Assembly: GCA_024137785.1 (NCBI GenBank)
Contig: JAHRHZ010000029.1
Coordinates: 21,294,262 to 21,358,261 of the forward strand
DNA: 64,000 nt
Source of the DNA: Ginglymostoma cirratum
Taxonomy: Eukaryota
Direction: 5' to 3'
This document shows positions 11,831 through 25,706 of this stretch, one piece after another. Under the pieces are notes generated by a model. That model saw nothing but the letters and a program-made list of their open reading frames with translations, searched no databases and had not been told where the DNA came from. Numbering within the stretch: the first letter of the stretch is position 1; each line of letters opens with the position of its first letter. The translations under genes and the position numbers were made by a program.

Positions 11831-12390
11831 CATCAAAACAAACACATGAGAGAGAGAGATAGAGAGAGAGCGTTTACAGACTGTAACATTTTATCTTTTA
11901 AAACACAAGCAACAACAGCCCGTGTTTATATATCTGTCTCCTTTTGTATATAAACAAAAAAAACACAAAACCAATTTGCAATTTGGCTAACAGAAGTGTT
12001 ACTCCAAAGAAACGTAAGTTGCTTTTATTTCGCAAAAAAGTGTTTAAAAATGACAAAGTTTGTGTGTCAAATTTACTAGAATTCACGGCGAGCTCACTCG
12101 GACTTGTTAGAAACCGTAAGAGTCGGATAGTAATTTATTTTCAGTTGTAGTAGAATATTATTTTTAAATATGGACCAAACTCCCCGAAAGTGTTCTGGTG
12201 CTGACCCCCCCCCTCCCCCGCCCACCCACCCCCATCCCGAATCTTTTAACGTTAATGTTCTTGTTGATGTTACACCTTCCAGTATAAAGGTTGATTGTAT
12301 AACGCGATTTTATGTCCTCCTTTTATTGAAAATGTTCCGAAGGCATTGCATTGTTTGTTTCTTAATAAATGACAATTCGCTCCGTCTGTT
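11831..12390 (+). other. FOXC1: FOXC1 3' UTR (minimum extent)
   Basis: AU-rich, GA repeat at ~11848-11870, first AATAAA at 12364-12369. Later AATAAA sites (e.g. 13619-13624) may give a longer UTR. Confidence 0.55.
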
Positions 12391-14999
12391 GGAAACTCGG
12401 GAGGTTTTACAGTTCCTGCTGTAAAATTATGTGCTCATTCGGAGAGGGAGAAAGCGAGAGAGTCGTACGTCTAAAAGAAACTGCTGACAGGCACAAACTA
12501 AATTGCTAGCCGAACGAATGGGATTTGCATTAGGTTGAGCGTAGCATCCTGAATCTTAAAAATTCTATCTCTGCTGCGCCCCCCCCCCCCCCCATTGTTA
12601 TCTGGTCCACAAGCCAAAGAGACCGTCGCGGCTGCCCAATTCCAACAAAAGTTTGTCATTTCGGATAAAACCAGCCCTTATCGGCTCGGTTATCTAAAGA
12701 CAACAATTAGTCTGTAATTGCAATTGCTCTTTTTCTCGATTGCAGTAATTTGGTAGCAATCAGGCAGCGATTTAAGAACACAGTGGCCACCTCCTTAAAA
12801 AAAAGAACTAACACTGTCAAACTCACACAGTCATATCTCAGTAAATCCGGCCTTTTTGTTTGTAAAGTGACAGTCAAAGCTGACTCACTCCCCACTGTCT
12901 TGTACAGGTGAAGATGGTGTTTCTTCACATTTTATTCAGCCAGCAATGCGACTCGACATGTTTATTGAAAGAGTTCAAATGCCCAGGAGAAGCACCAATT
13001 CTGACATTATTTCTCTTGTATTTCCCAATTTGCTTGCTGCTTTTTCTTTTAAAAAAGGGAAAAGTATCGCCGATTATTTTGAAAGCAGCTTTTGAAAACT
13101 TGCACGCTGCTTTAGAGAGTTCATCGCATGTTGTGTAACAACTGGCCCAGTGGAGGGGTACCCTAGCTTCAGAAAGGTTTATGGGCTGTCTACGGCCTGT
13201 TTTCCGTTCTCTCCGCGTTGAAGGGTGTTGCTTATCAGTGGCTGTTTTTTAAGTCACACTGTTTTTCCAACAAACAACCTCAAGTATCAACCGAGGCAGT
13301 TTTCTTTTTGCCGGCCTAGACCGGTTGGATTGAAATGAATGTTACTATCTCCTCCGCTCTGTTTATGGTGGCTCCTGCCTTTTTACATTCAGATAAGGAG
13401 CAGAAGTTATATGACACGCCTGACCCCCAAAGCCATTTTAACACCAGTTTAAAGATCAAAGTTTCTTCCTTTACATTTCTGCCCCACTTGAAATGATTGA
13501 TAATATCTTAAGATTGACTCTTTTAAACACAAAAACGTTGAAGTGCAATTCTAGGACCTCGAACAAATCCTTAGGAAAGGGCACTTTAATAAGATTAAGC
13601 GGAAACCGATTTGAAACTAATAAAGATATACCCCCGCCCTGCAAAAAGAAACTGTATAGAATTTAGAAGTAGGAGCCCAAACTGCAGTTAAAAATACAGA
13701 CAAGGTCAACTATTAAACAGAGGGAGACACTGCCGTTTGGCATTAAAATATCTATCATTTTAAGTTGGAACTTGGAAGCACTTATCACATTAGCGTCATA
13801 GCTTTAAATTATATTTGAGAATATTTATTTAACTCCGCGCTGCAAATAAGAGGAGACCAGTACAGTAACCAACAGGCCTCCCAAACAATACACAAGAGTA
13901 TTGGCAGCGGTAAGATTTATTGAGCGCATATTATACCTTATTAGGGCTGGTTGAGTGTTGACTAGACATTTAAAGAAGAAATCCTGGGAGACAATTTCAA
14001 TGTCCCGGGAAACCTACGCTATTAAACAAGTGCATGATATGATCTTCACTTATTAAAGACCACCAGGCAACATCGAAAAAAAACACTCCGTGCTACATGA
14101 AGCGTGAGCCACGTTAGCGTTGATTTCGGCTTTTTGGTTAAAAAAATCAAAATGGGTTGACAGAAAAAGGCCGCCTTTTTACACGGCAATTAATTTGCTT
14201 GAACTAACGTGATTTGAGGTCACTGGGAGAGGGCTGTGTAATGTGTCCACTTTGGGCTAATCGAGTTATATTAGACACGGGGCCTTCTGTGATTAACTGT
14301 TTACACACCATTTCTACAGTTTGTTTTGAATACACACGTGTGTTTAAGAGCTGGGGTTAGGTGTAGAGTTCGAACGGGTTTCATTCCTGACATTTTGTAG
14401 GAAGCAGGATCAAGTCCACTCTGGAATCTGCGTTATGTTAACCGAGAGGCGCCCACACTCCACTTCGAATTCAATCGTAACTTTGTTCGTTTGTAATTTT
14501 GGTACGTATTAAATATTGAGAGCTCCAGCCACAAAATGACTGACGAGAGCAGAGGGGTGCTTGATCTGGATGTGCAGGGAAATAGAGGGGCACCTACCGC
14601 TCACAATAAAGAATCCCTCGGGACGGTCGAAACTGATTGCATTGGTCGCTACACAGGAACCCAATCCTGGCTGTGTTTATAAGCAAAGCAAACTTATTTA
14701 GTTTTTAAAAGCCTCAAAATTTAATCCATGCTTGTCCAATTTGCCATCTGCCCGAGATAGGGTTTCCGCTGTAAATGTAGTTCAGTTTAATTCGATGAGT
14801 TGTAGCAATAATATTTGAGAAGATTGAAGTGCAAGGCTTCTAGTTGTTTTAAAATAAAACTTACCTAAGGTACACCATTTCGAATATATACTTTAAAAAC
14901 TTTTTTTCCCCCCAAAACGTTCGCCTAGCAAAGAATGGGAGGTAACAGATCTGAATAAAACCGCAAGGCATCTCAAAACCTATTTTGTTCATTTTATTA

Positions 15000-15350
15000 A
15001 GGATGAGAGATGATCTCACTGAACACGTAAGATCCTGAGGGAACTTGACAAAGGTGAATGCTGAAAGGATGTTTTTAGGTTCACGGTTGAAAAACAAGAG
15101 AGTTTCCCGTTTAAGAGGAACGTGAGGAGAGTATCTTTTCCCTCAGAGGGCCCTGAGTCTGGAATTCCCTTCCACAAGGACGGTTGGAAGCGGGGGTCGT
15201 TGAATACTTTTAAGGCTGAGTAGATAAGACTAATGAAGGTTACAGGGAGCAGACAGGAAACGTGGAGTTTAGGCCAAGATCAGATCAGCCATGATCTTAT
15301 TGAATGGCCGAGCAGACTCGAGGGGCCGAATGGCCTACTCCTGCTTTTAA
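15000..15350 (+). mobile_element. CR1 LINE 3' remnant
   Basis: Degenerate ORF2 end resembling RGDLIE.YKILRGLDKV..ERMF, followed by the typical shark CR1 3' UTR AGATCAGCCATGATCTTATTGAATGG...GGGCCGAATGGCCTACTCCTGCT. Confidence 0.8.
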
Positions 15351-17326
15351 TTGGTTATGTCCGCAAATGTATTAGATGGTGGAGAACGTGACTAACAAGC
15401 TTTTAATCGGCAGCCATGTCTTCATATTTGGGTGACTAGTTTACGGAATATGCCAACTGAATTTGTATACTAGAATTCACCAGTATGACACTGAACACGT
15501 AACCATGATATTACCGAGTTATGAAAAAACGGGATTATTACCGGCAAATAGACCATCAGTGTTTTGGTCGAATTGTTTTCTTTTTCTTTCGAAGCGATAT
15601 ATTCATGAGTTTCTTGATTTCGGCCTCAGTAACGATGACAAATGATAGTTCAAAAGTTAATACAATTGCTAGTAACAGGTGAACGGTTGATAAGTTAGGA
15701 AAATGTAAAATTCAAAAGTGTGGTCACTGGAATAGTATCCTAGACATCTCTAAAAATAACTTGACTGGAAGGAACTGTGAACATTGGACATTTGGAGAAA
15801 TTTGAAATGAGGACGCGTTGTAAATTGTACAGAATTGTGCCCATACAACAGGTAACATTAATCCTATTTTCATAACACGGGGCTGTACTGACAATGTGCT
15901 GTTTAGCAGGAAATGATGTGGAATTTGCTGAGTTTTAAAGATTTAGCTACTTGTTTAACATTGATGATAAAGATCTGGTCAAACTAAATTACAAATAATA
16001 TAGGATTAAGACTAGTTTTGAGAAATTGGACCTAAGTACACAAATATTGGCAGAACTCAACAGGATATAAAAGCTTTACAACATCGACACAATAATAGGT
16101 ACTGTAAAAATCTATTACAAGATGGGAAGAGTTCCAACTATTTCTGCATATTCGCTAATTGCTTCTAAAAATTAATGTTGTTCTTTTCATTCCATGACAT
16201 CTTATGTTCAATCCGATTGTAATACAATCTGCATATAGTAATGGCGTCCCAACTTGTTTCAAATAACAAACTCACATTATGTGTGTGTGCATATAGTGCA
16301 CAGGCATTTGTGAAAAATGTATGCGTGATTGTCCATCTACCAGACATTTAACCATATAATGGGTGTTTGCAGATAACCACCCCTGCAGTAAATCGTGTAT
16401 GTCTATATCAGCAGTGATGCCTGATAAATATTTCGCAAGTGAAACTGACAAGATAACGCTTCAGTAGCAAAAAGTTAGGTAGAGTAAGTCTTAGGAGTGT
16501 ACGTATTCTGTATCACACCAGCCGGCTGTATTCAGATACCGGGTGTAAATATGGAATTACAGAACCATTTGTGGTTTTAATTACATAAATATGAATATAG
16601 AGAAATCTCTCCATAGGTTACAAGAATTTTATAATACTCAACATGTAACACCTCTCATCGTTTTTTTTTAATGATTATGATTTGCCTTGTCTGAATAGAA
16701 TTGACTGAATCCTCCCGAAGATTAAAGGAATGGATTAACTGTAGGGAAATGTCACCATCAAATGACATTGTAGAATCTGTTTTGTTTTTGTCTACGTCAT
16801 CTTTAATCTTCAAACTCGAGACGTGTAATCGTTCTTTATCAAGTTACCACAATTTCTAATGTCTCAACCCATGAGGATTTTTAAATATATAAGTCACACC
16901 TTGCGGATTCTGGCTGCAATGACAGAAAAAAACCCCTTCCCGAACATATTCGGAAGAGAGAAGGCAGTAGGAATCCTGTTAAAAATCAAAGGCCACAACC
17001 GGCTGTCTGACATTCAATTCTTCCTCCAATTTCCACACTTCCGGTACATTGTTGGGTGCTTAATCCAGATGTCTAATTTAATCAGTACGTGTTCATTCTA
17101 AACTAACAGAATTTGATCGCACTGTACGGTGTAATGTCAAATATGAAAAAAGAATGAGGAAAATATAAATAAATCCAAAAAAAGCAATCAGAGCCTGCAC
17201 AAATTTTGGGGTATATATATATACTTTTATGACGTTTGACAGCATTCACGCCGGATTTTAAAAAGTGCGTCTTTATTGTACAGTATATATGCATGGAAAG
17301 CTTTTGTTTACCAACCCCACAAAAAT

Positions 17327-17941
17327 TTGACTTTGGCGAGGTGTTTTCAATCTGAGTCTATGTCGTACTGTGAATATTTTCTGTCTCTTTGGTTTCAAAG
17401 CTTTTGTTAATACGTTAAACTAAAATCTTCACCTAAAGATTTCAAAGAACCATTCTCATGTAGGTTTTAATATGGGTTTAAAACATTGGTTCCGATTCAT
17501 TCCATACATTATTGCACCGAATGATTCTGTTTATATCATTTTAAAGTCAATTAAAGGGATATCTTCATGCACACCGACTTGTGTAAACATATGGATGCAT
17601 ACTTGCGTGTTCACGCTTAGATTTTCAGTTTCCAACTTTAATTATAAAACCATTAATTCCTCCCTGGCCCAATAAACAAACGTCGCGTTAGTAAGAAGAT
17701 TGATCGCTTTCATGCAACTAAATCTGACTAGTCCAGGAAGAAATAAAATTCAATCAGTGTGCCGAATCATTTTTCATGAGACGGAGAAGGCACAGAGCGA
17801 AACGCTGCCAGAGGCCAGTGCTTGGGAATTTCAGCTTATCAACCCCCACCCCACCCCCAAAAAAAAATTGACTTTGGCGAGGGACTTTCAACCTGAGTCT
17901 ATATTGTACCGTGAATGTTTTCTGTCTCTTTGGTTTCAAAG
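17327..17941 (+). repeat. Dispersed direct repeat, 74 bp x2 (17327-17400, 17868-17941)
   Basis: TTGACTTTGGCGAGG...TTTTCTGTCTCTTTGGTTTCAAAG; 8 mismatches in 74, no gaps, offset 541 bp. Confidence 0.9.
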
Positions 17942-20799
17942 TTTCGAACTGTTGTCAAGTTGCCTGCAGTCCTTTTACTGGCGGGATACTTCAAATGTAA
18001 TTTTAGGGGCAACCCGAAATTAGAATACTCAATGGAGATTATTTTGCTAGCTGACTGTCTGTAACAATCCTATAGCCGTTTGCCAATGAGTCATGTATCT
18101 TCATAACGAACTGATTTTGACCGAAACAAAAATCTATACCGACATTCAAATTTCTAGGCGGCTGTGTTTAGGTGGTAGCTTATAAATGACGGGAATAAGA
18201 GCGATCAGCGCTCAGAGCTCAGCGTCTCGTGTTTGAACGTCTTTTTAGCTAGTTTGCGGCACCAGGTCAGGACAAACTGTCCCGTGCATTCTGTTGTTGT
18301 TGTATACACTGTGATGTGTTCCACATTGTGTGGAACTGAATTCCGTTTGCATGCGTCTGATTTCAGACTATTTTGGGTGAAGGGGTCAAGTCTTTACTTT
18401 CGATTTTAAGCGGATCCAGTTGGCTGCTGCCGCTCTAACTTTTGCTCCCTTTCTAAGCCAAGCGTCAGAGTAAACTCACACTGGAATACTTCAGGTCAGA
18501 GCTGATTATAGGGTTGGGTGGCCGACAATTTTTTTTCCCTAAATAAACACAGCTTGATTCAACCTGGGTGGGCAAAACGGACCAATTTTTCACAAACGCT
18601 TTCGGAGAAGTGGGGTGGTGGGGGTTGGGGGGTGATGTTGTTCACTGGGGAGAAAGAAAACAAGACGGTACTGCTTGGGTACTCTGTGATCCTGAAACAG
18701 ATCAGCAGCCCTACACACTCTAAACGGTAACATAGGGAGCGTTGGCGGAGAGACCAACAAACTGCAACATGAGGTCAGGAGCGATCTGAATAAGCTGGAA
18801 ATTTATAAAGCCAGTCACAGCTATCAGCCAGATAGTTGGTACACCAGTCAGGCCAAAATGACCTATTTCAACAGCAATCCGCCTTTCTCCGAGTGTGAGG
18901 TAGATTTGGGAGGGGATGTGGGGTCAATAACGCCTATAAAGCACGCCCCGTTTGAAATAGCCTCAAGATCAGCTGTGAATGTCAATTCATGGCGTGAATA
19001 CGATGCCAAGATGCAGGTACTGAAGGTATGGACAAAAAAAAAAGAGATTGCCCAGTTTGTGGTCTCCCTTTGTCAGTTTTATGTGGGACGAGATGAAAAG
19101 TACAAATGTTAAAGATACATAATTTCCCCTTGCTTTGGCCTCCACTTGTCTAAGCTCAGATTGTATTTCAAGCCTCGATTCAAAGCCTTTTTTAACCTTC
19201 ATTTGCTTTTTAAAAAATCTGCCCTCATTTCTTTTCATTTATTCAAAATGCTCGAGGGTATAATTTTCAGATTGTCCCCACACCATCGAGAATAAGGGAT
19301 GACAGGCAGATTGCTGTTTTTTTTCTAGAAATATATTACAGTACCCCGGGAAAATTTCGATATCAGAAGTGAACCACTCGACTAGGCCATCTCTCCCCCA
19401 CACCCCTTATGTTATAGTTATTGAAATATAATATTTTGAAGTAGGGCCATAGGGAAGTCGACACTTTATTAAACCCAATTTTATCTTTCAGTTTCTTCGC
19501 AATACAAGGGGGAGGATGGGGGTGGTGAGAGAGTACAGTGAAGTATTTGCACAGATGCAGCAAAGGCTTATTCCGGAGTCTGGACGCAATATTACACTTT
19601 GAGCTACTTTGTTTTCATTGTCCTGTGAAACGGGGTGAGGAAATACTTAGAGCTAAAAACGCCACGAATTCACAGGTCAGGAAAGATAAGGATCACAAAG
19701 GTGTTGGCAGCCTCCTCTCCCACTCACTGCCTTTCCTGAGCACTTTACCAAAGCGACGCCAAAACAGGATCCCTAAAATTTCGAAACAATTGTCTGGAAG
19801 ATTTTGATGGGTTTCTCTGTTTTAGAATTTAACAAGCTGTAATCAATGTGACCGGTGCGGCGGTTCCTTGAGGCTGTTAGCTGGGTGAAGAAGTGGGACT
19901 CGAGAACTGTTGACTCTTCAAGCAAATTCTCTCAGGCTTTCTTCACATTTCCACCAAACCAGGAGCAAAAGTGAAACCATGTATTTCCCTCGTACCGAGT
20001 AAAAAAGAGCGCATATCCATCTGGTTGACCTGCTTGGACAGTGCTGAAAGTTTTCCGACAGTTTTAGGCATGTTTCTTAACTTAGTCATATATTGTACTG
20101 ATTGTGAACTCTTGCAAAGATAATGAGTTTAGAACAGTAAATGAGGTATATGTACACACACACAGAAAAACAGCCGATTGTAGTGATTAGGCATTTTGTT
20201 AATTACGATGGTGACACTTGATGACATATAACTCAATGTTGAGGCTGACGTTAGAAGTACACCGTGCTACCAATTGTACAAACCCACAGAATAACCGCAG
20301 TGTAGAATCAGTAGGGGTGGGGGCGGTGGGAAACGAGACTGAAAAATTGCAGTCACTATTGGAAACTGTCAGTTTAACCCCGTGAGAATTGCAGTAGCAG
20401 CCCTGGTCTGTATCAACAAATGCAATCGTTTAATTTTTCCCTTTCCTTGGGCAAGGTAATGCGAGCAGGGACCCAACCTGCCCGGAACTCCTCAATATCA
20501 AATTTAAATTGAGCTCGAAATCTCTGTTCTTTTAAAACGAATACGCTAATCAATAGTGGGAGTAGGCCTTTCGGCTGCTCCGCCATTCAATAAATTCGTG
20601 GCCGGTCGGAATTGTGGTCTAAGTTACACTTTCCCGCCTATCCCAAACACCCGAAGACTGTCCCGTTAGTCCAAAAAAAACTTTGTTGGAAACTGGAAGA
20701 ATCAGCCAGTACGCAAAGGTTCATTAGCCGAACTGAGTCATGAAGATCTCGGAGCTTCCGGTTTTATCCCCATCCCATCTCACCCCCATCAGAAAATGT

Positions 20800-20901
20800 T
20801 GAAACAAAAACAGAAATTGCTGGAAAAACTCAGCAGGTCTTGCAGCATCTTATGGAGAGAAATCGGAATTAACGTTTCAGGTCCAGCAACACTTCGGAAA
20901 A
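20800..20901 (-). mobile_element. Degenerate Penelope-like terminal repeat
   Basis: AAAACAGAAATTGCTGGAAAAACTCAGCAGGTCTTGCAGCATC...TTAACGTTTCAGGTCC, same family as the 55153 copy. Confidence 0.7.
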
Positions 20902-22604
20902 CACTGTGGAATAATTTGATATAATTTGAATGGGAAATGCGTTTATTTCTTGAACGTTGATTTTTCAGTGTAGTTGAGAATACAAGTATTGTATGGGCCC
21001 AATTTTAGTTATCGCCAATGAAAGAGCATATAAGCAGAGTCGAGCTGTCCTGGTTTTGTTGGTGACGGTCAATGATCAATAATCTTTTCAGAGCAAATCA
21101 GAAATTGCTAGGCCGTCCAGTTGCAACGGTTGCACTGACTTCCACCCAATGCTTCGAGGCTGGGGTTACAAAGATCTGCCATTGCCAGGAGGCATTCTAC
21201 AAGGCAAGCGCATGCCACGGACAGGATAACTACAACTCGGAGTTCGAGGGCTGCAGCACCTGGCCAGATTGAACACATTAAAGAGGCGCTGGATCTTTTG
21301 AAATTGCAGGTTTACCTGTGCTTAATAATTAGACTGTATCATCTTACCATTGTCTCAAACTCAGAAATATTTGTTGTATTTACAGTAGCATTTCTTCAAA
21401 AGACAGCAATGGGGCATTTTTTTAAAAAAATGAAACAGTTCGATTTTCATGGATGAACTGTAGGCCAATTTATTTCTCTGTGAAGTGTCCAGATTTTAAG
21501 GTTCTTTAAGACCTTTATTACAACCCCTTATATGATGGTTGTTTGAATCAAGCTCCAAAATTTTGAGCTAAATGGTTACTCAAGTAATATAGAACCTAAA
21601 GTAAAATCATAAGAGTCTTAAAGCGGCAACCAAATTATGGGCTTAATCCAAACTACAATATTATTGTAAATGTGTTGAGAACTGTAACAGGTTTATGTTT
21701 AAGATGCGAGTTAAGATCTGTTTCAATTGAGTGAAGTGGTAGCCAGTCTGTACAAATATAATTTTTGACAGCAAGCATGCAGGAAACGAGTTACGAGTTT
21801 AAGACCCGATTGCTTAGCTTAAGAAATTATTAGCCCCAATTTTCTGGGGCCAACATTTACATGGTATACAAGTCCGTTATCATGGGATACCCACTTCAGC
21901 ACTATTGCGTCTTTTGTATGTAGCCTGCAGCCTCACATCCCGATGCCAGAATTTGATCTGTACACGATTTTTCACAGTTCTGCAACGTAAACATTAATTT
22001 TAATTTTAATGCGTTGCTAATGCGTCGACATTTCAGAAAAGCCACAAGGGAGTATTTTTTTAACGGACATCCTTAGGCATGTTAATTTTAATCACAATTT
22101 AACCAATTAAAATATGAAGCGCAAGGGTGAATCTAAACTGATTTGGGACGCACAATTGTGAGGAATGATTTGTGTTTTGCACACGAGTGCTATTTTAATT
22201 GTGAAAGCCCACGAGCTGAAATGAGCTGTATCGTGTTAAATAAAGCAGAGCTAATTGGGAAAAAAAGTACTTATGTAAAGCCAATACGTCAATTAATGTG
22301 CGATGCCAACTGTTTACGATCATGGATATGGTCATAAATGTCTAAATGGGAGAGACATGACAGGAGCAGCGTGCGACCATCGCCAGGAAGTTCACCCGAG
22401 ACTGATGCCACTGTACCCATGCAGAGTTAAACTTGTGAACCATTGGGTCAGGATGGACCCTGTTCGGTCATTTGTCTTTCTCTTCACAGGTACGCATACA
22501 GTATTCGTTTCCATCATTCAACGTGTGAACACGTAGACATATCCATGTGTATACAATTGTAAGGTTAGTCATCTGCCAGTGCCCTGACCACGTACAGGTT
22601 TGTA

Positions 22605-22739
22605 TCAGAGATAAAAGGTACTGCAGATGCTGGAGAATCCGAGATAACAAGCATGGGGCTGGATGAACACAGCAGGTCAAGCAGCATCATAGGAGCAGGA
22701 AAACTTGACGTTTCGGGCCTAAACCCTTCATCAGAAAAT
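22605..22739 (-). mobile_element. Young Penelope-like terminal repeat with intact minimal hammerhead core
   Basis: Reverse complement TTTCTGATGAAGGGTTTAGGCCCGAAACGTCAAG...; about 90 nt identical to 56942-57034. Flanked by GGTTTGTA (22597-22604, 22740-22747). Confidence 0.85.
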
Positions 22740-25700
22740 GGTTTGTACCCAGTTTAAAACACAAACTCGCATCAGCGAGAGAGTTGGACATTTTTACATA
22801 ACCAGGGAAATATGACAGTTCACTGGCTCCCGTGAACTTCGACTTGAACTGCATTCGACTAGTAGCAATTGACAGGAAATTAACACCCAATACTAAATAT
22901 ACACTAACTTCCATTGATTGCATATACTGTTCAAAGGCGACGTGTGAGTATTTCACTCGTCTTTTCTCCCTTGAAGGATGATTTTTTGGGGGTAAAGAAG
23001 AAGCCACGGCACGGTTAATTGTATAACGCACAGCCATTTTCCCTGCCGCTGTGACAAATCAATTCGTAAATCGGAAATATGCTGTTTATGCGCAAATCTG
23101 GAATTTTTCGAAGCTCCGATTATAAGGTGAGTTAATAGCGAACGGAGTCAAAGTGGAGCATTACCCAACAGTCGTGGAGTTCTTGCTGCACTGTTGCCAG
23201 AAACATTCCAATAAAATCCACCAGTTTGATGGGGAATATGGCTCGCAATTTCCAAGCCGTTGGCTTTTCACGAAGTTAATTCGCAGAATTCACCATAGTT
23301 TTTATTATTGTTAAGTAGCCGAACGAATTTCTGCGTTACAGGGGTGGGAGTAGCGCGTTCTCATATTATTATCGTTAACAGACTTGCCAATCCTGAAGCA
23401 AAATTTTCACCATGTGTGTGCGCGCGAAACATTAAAATGTTTAATAAGAGAATGTCTGGTGTAAATTGAGTTGGGAGCAATTTTGCACATAACGAAATAC
23501 CATCCAGCGAATGCCAAGTTTGCGCCCTTTCCAAGCTGCGTGTTTCTTCAAAGAAGCCCAGAGTTTGGGAATCGGACGCGGAAAATGCCTGAGATTCCCA
23601 AAAAAATGCCCAGCAATAAATGCTGGCTGTCAGGAATTCAACGACCATTTATCGGCCTGTTCTTCAAAGCTTCTGGCAAAGCATTGGAACAAGTAACAAC
23701 CAGGAAAAAAAAGTAAGTGGTGTTCAAAGAACTGCAAGAGTGTAATGTGCACCATTGAAATAAAATCTACAGTAATAGCCACTTTTAAAAAGAGAATAAT
23801 ATACGTGTTCTCTGCGGACAAGGCTTCCTTTCACCAGCTGAGGGCAACTGTGGTCAGTCAGGATTTGAAGCAGGATCTGTTTCCCAGGCAGTAGACTATA
23901 GTGCACAAATCGAACAACCATATAAGTTTTCTTTTATAAACTGTATTCCTGCACTCGGTTTTTGTTTTGACAGTGAAACCCATAATTAGATGCATTCATT
24001 TATGGAATAACCTGAATTTTCTACATTTTAAGCTACAAGGGTTTCAGCGACTTTTGTATTTTTGAAAAAAAAGTTATAGGAAGGGGGTGGGGTGGGGGGA
24101 GAGTTGCCTGCACCTGTATCAATCCTGCTGTAAGCGGGTATCTTTTTCCTTTCCCAGACTTTGGCAATGCCTACTCACATATGTTCTCAATTAAACTCAA
24201 TAAGGCCCACTGTCTGACTGCTGGGAACTGTAGCGTGTTATAAGGTGTTCTATTAATGCACCAAATCAACCGAAACTCCTGCGCAAACTACCCGAGAAAG
24301 GAAAATGTGTGGTGCATTTTCGATACATCAAAAACAATGCCCCAGTCGCCGCCGATAATTTGTAGAATTTTCACTGGCCGCAGTGCAGTTGGACGCCAGT
24401 AAAATGGACCGGCCGCTTGTTTCCGCAAACTTAAAACAAGTTTGGGGTTTAAAATGGGGTAACGTCAATGGAAATGTGTGTGCACTGTTTATTTTGGAGA
24501 CAACTTCTGCCTCATTATAATCAAATGCTATTGAATGACATTCTTCTTTAAACAACCGACGAACACAACACGTTCCCACTGCATCAGCCGGAACTCTATT
24601 CTTTTATTCAAATCATTGCAACACTCGCCCTTGTAATTCTTCCAATCCCCAATGGCTAAAGTGGATTTGTAACTATTGCCTGTGCAGACCGTCCGCAAAC
24701 GAAATAACTGAAATCCTTCTTCATCCAGGAGATAGACTAAAACGCGTCTCATAACTAGCGCCCAAGTATACACACATGCCTTACATCATTGTCAATCTTT
24801 GTTCGTGAACCCCGCATTGACTCCGTTCACTGTCATTAATCTGAGAAACATATAATATCCCTAAATGCTTTTAGAAAGTCGACCGGAATATCAGTAAATA
24901 TGAAGGTACCTTGTTGTGCAAGTTAAGACTGACAGAGAGTGCGCTACAGAAATGTACTTGCGGTGGTTTCTGCGGAAGGAGTGCTTTTTGTGCGTGTATT
25001 TGTCGGGGGGGGGCGTTGATTTCCGTACTCAGGATAAACTGCAAGATTCAATGGATAACGTACAACTTCACAAACTCAGAGAGTAATTGAAATGCAACGG
25101 AAAAGTTTTTTTCCCAGAAAAATGAACGTCTGAAAGCAAATACTTGCAAATGATCTTACCTTAAATGTTTAAACGTGTATTAGGAGGCGGTCTGTGTGTA
25201 TATTTCTAAAATAATCACCAGCATTCCCTCCAAGTCAGGCTGGGGTCTAATTATAGAAGAGGGAGCGGAACTACAAAAGCCCCTATCTGCACGTTAAATG
25301 GTCAGAAATACAGAGAGATCCTTCAAAACTAGACTGCACCCCCTAACCTGAAACTGTTCCCACTTACGTCCAAATGAATTTCGACAGAGTTGCCAAGGAT
25401 TTTTGCCTCTGTCTTGAACCAGCTGGGAAAAACTGAGCCCGCTGTGTTGATTGGAAGCGGGGATTCTGCACTCTACACAATGTGCGAGCGCTTCTCTTTA
25501 AAGTCAGACGACGATTATAGAGGTGCAAGGGCTGCTGTTTGAAATTACAAGAGAGGGAAAAAGCAACCCTATTGTGTGTGTAAAAAGAAGTCACGATACC
25601 TACCGCAGAGAAACGGACGATTACTTAATATAAGACACAGGCAAACACAACTCAAAAGAAACCAGAATCCTTGAACTGTCAAACCCCCGCACCTACGTGT

Positions 25701-25706
25701 TTTAAT
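25701..25706 (-). terminator. GMDS: Candidate GMDS polyadenylation signal (ATTAAA)
   Basis: ATTAAA on the minus strand ~355 nt past the stop codon, followed by a GU/U-rich element (GGTTTCTTTTGAGTTGTGTTTG, ~25663-25641). Confidence 0.5.

Noticed and set aside
25361-25376. CACTTACGTCCAAATG resembling the GMDS donor region at 26559-26573 (possible duplicated exon)
   Set aside because: Similarity is limited to ~15 nt, the translation does not match GMDS, and it lies beyond the stop codon.
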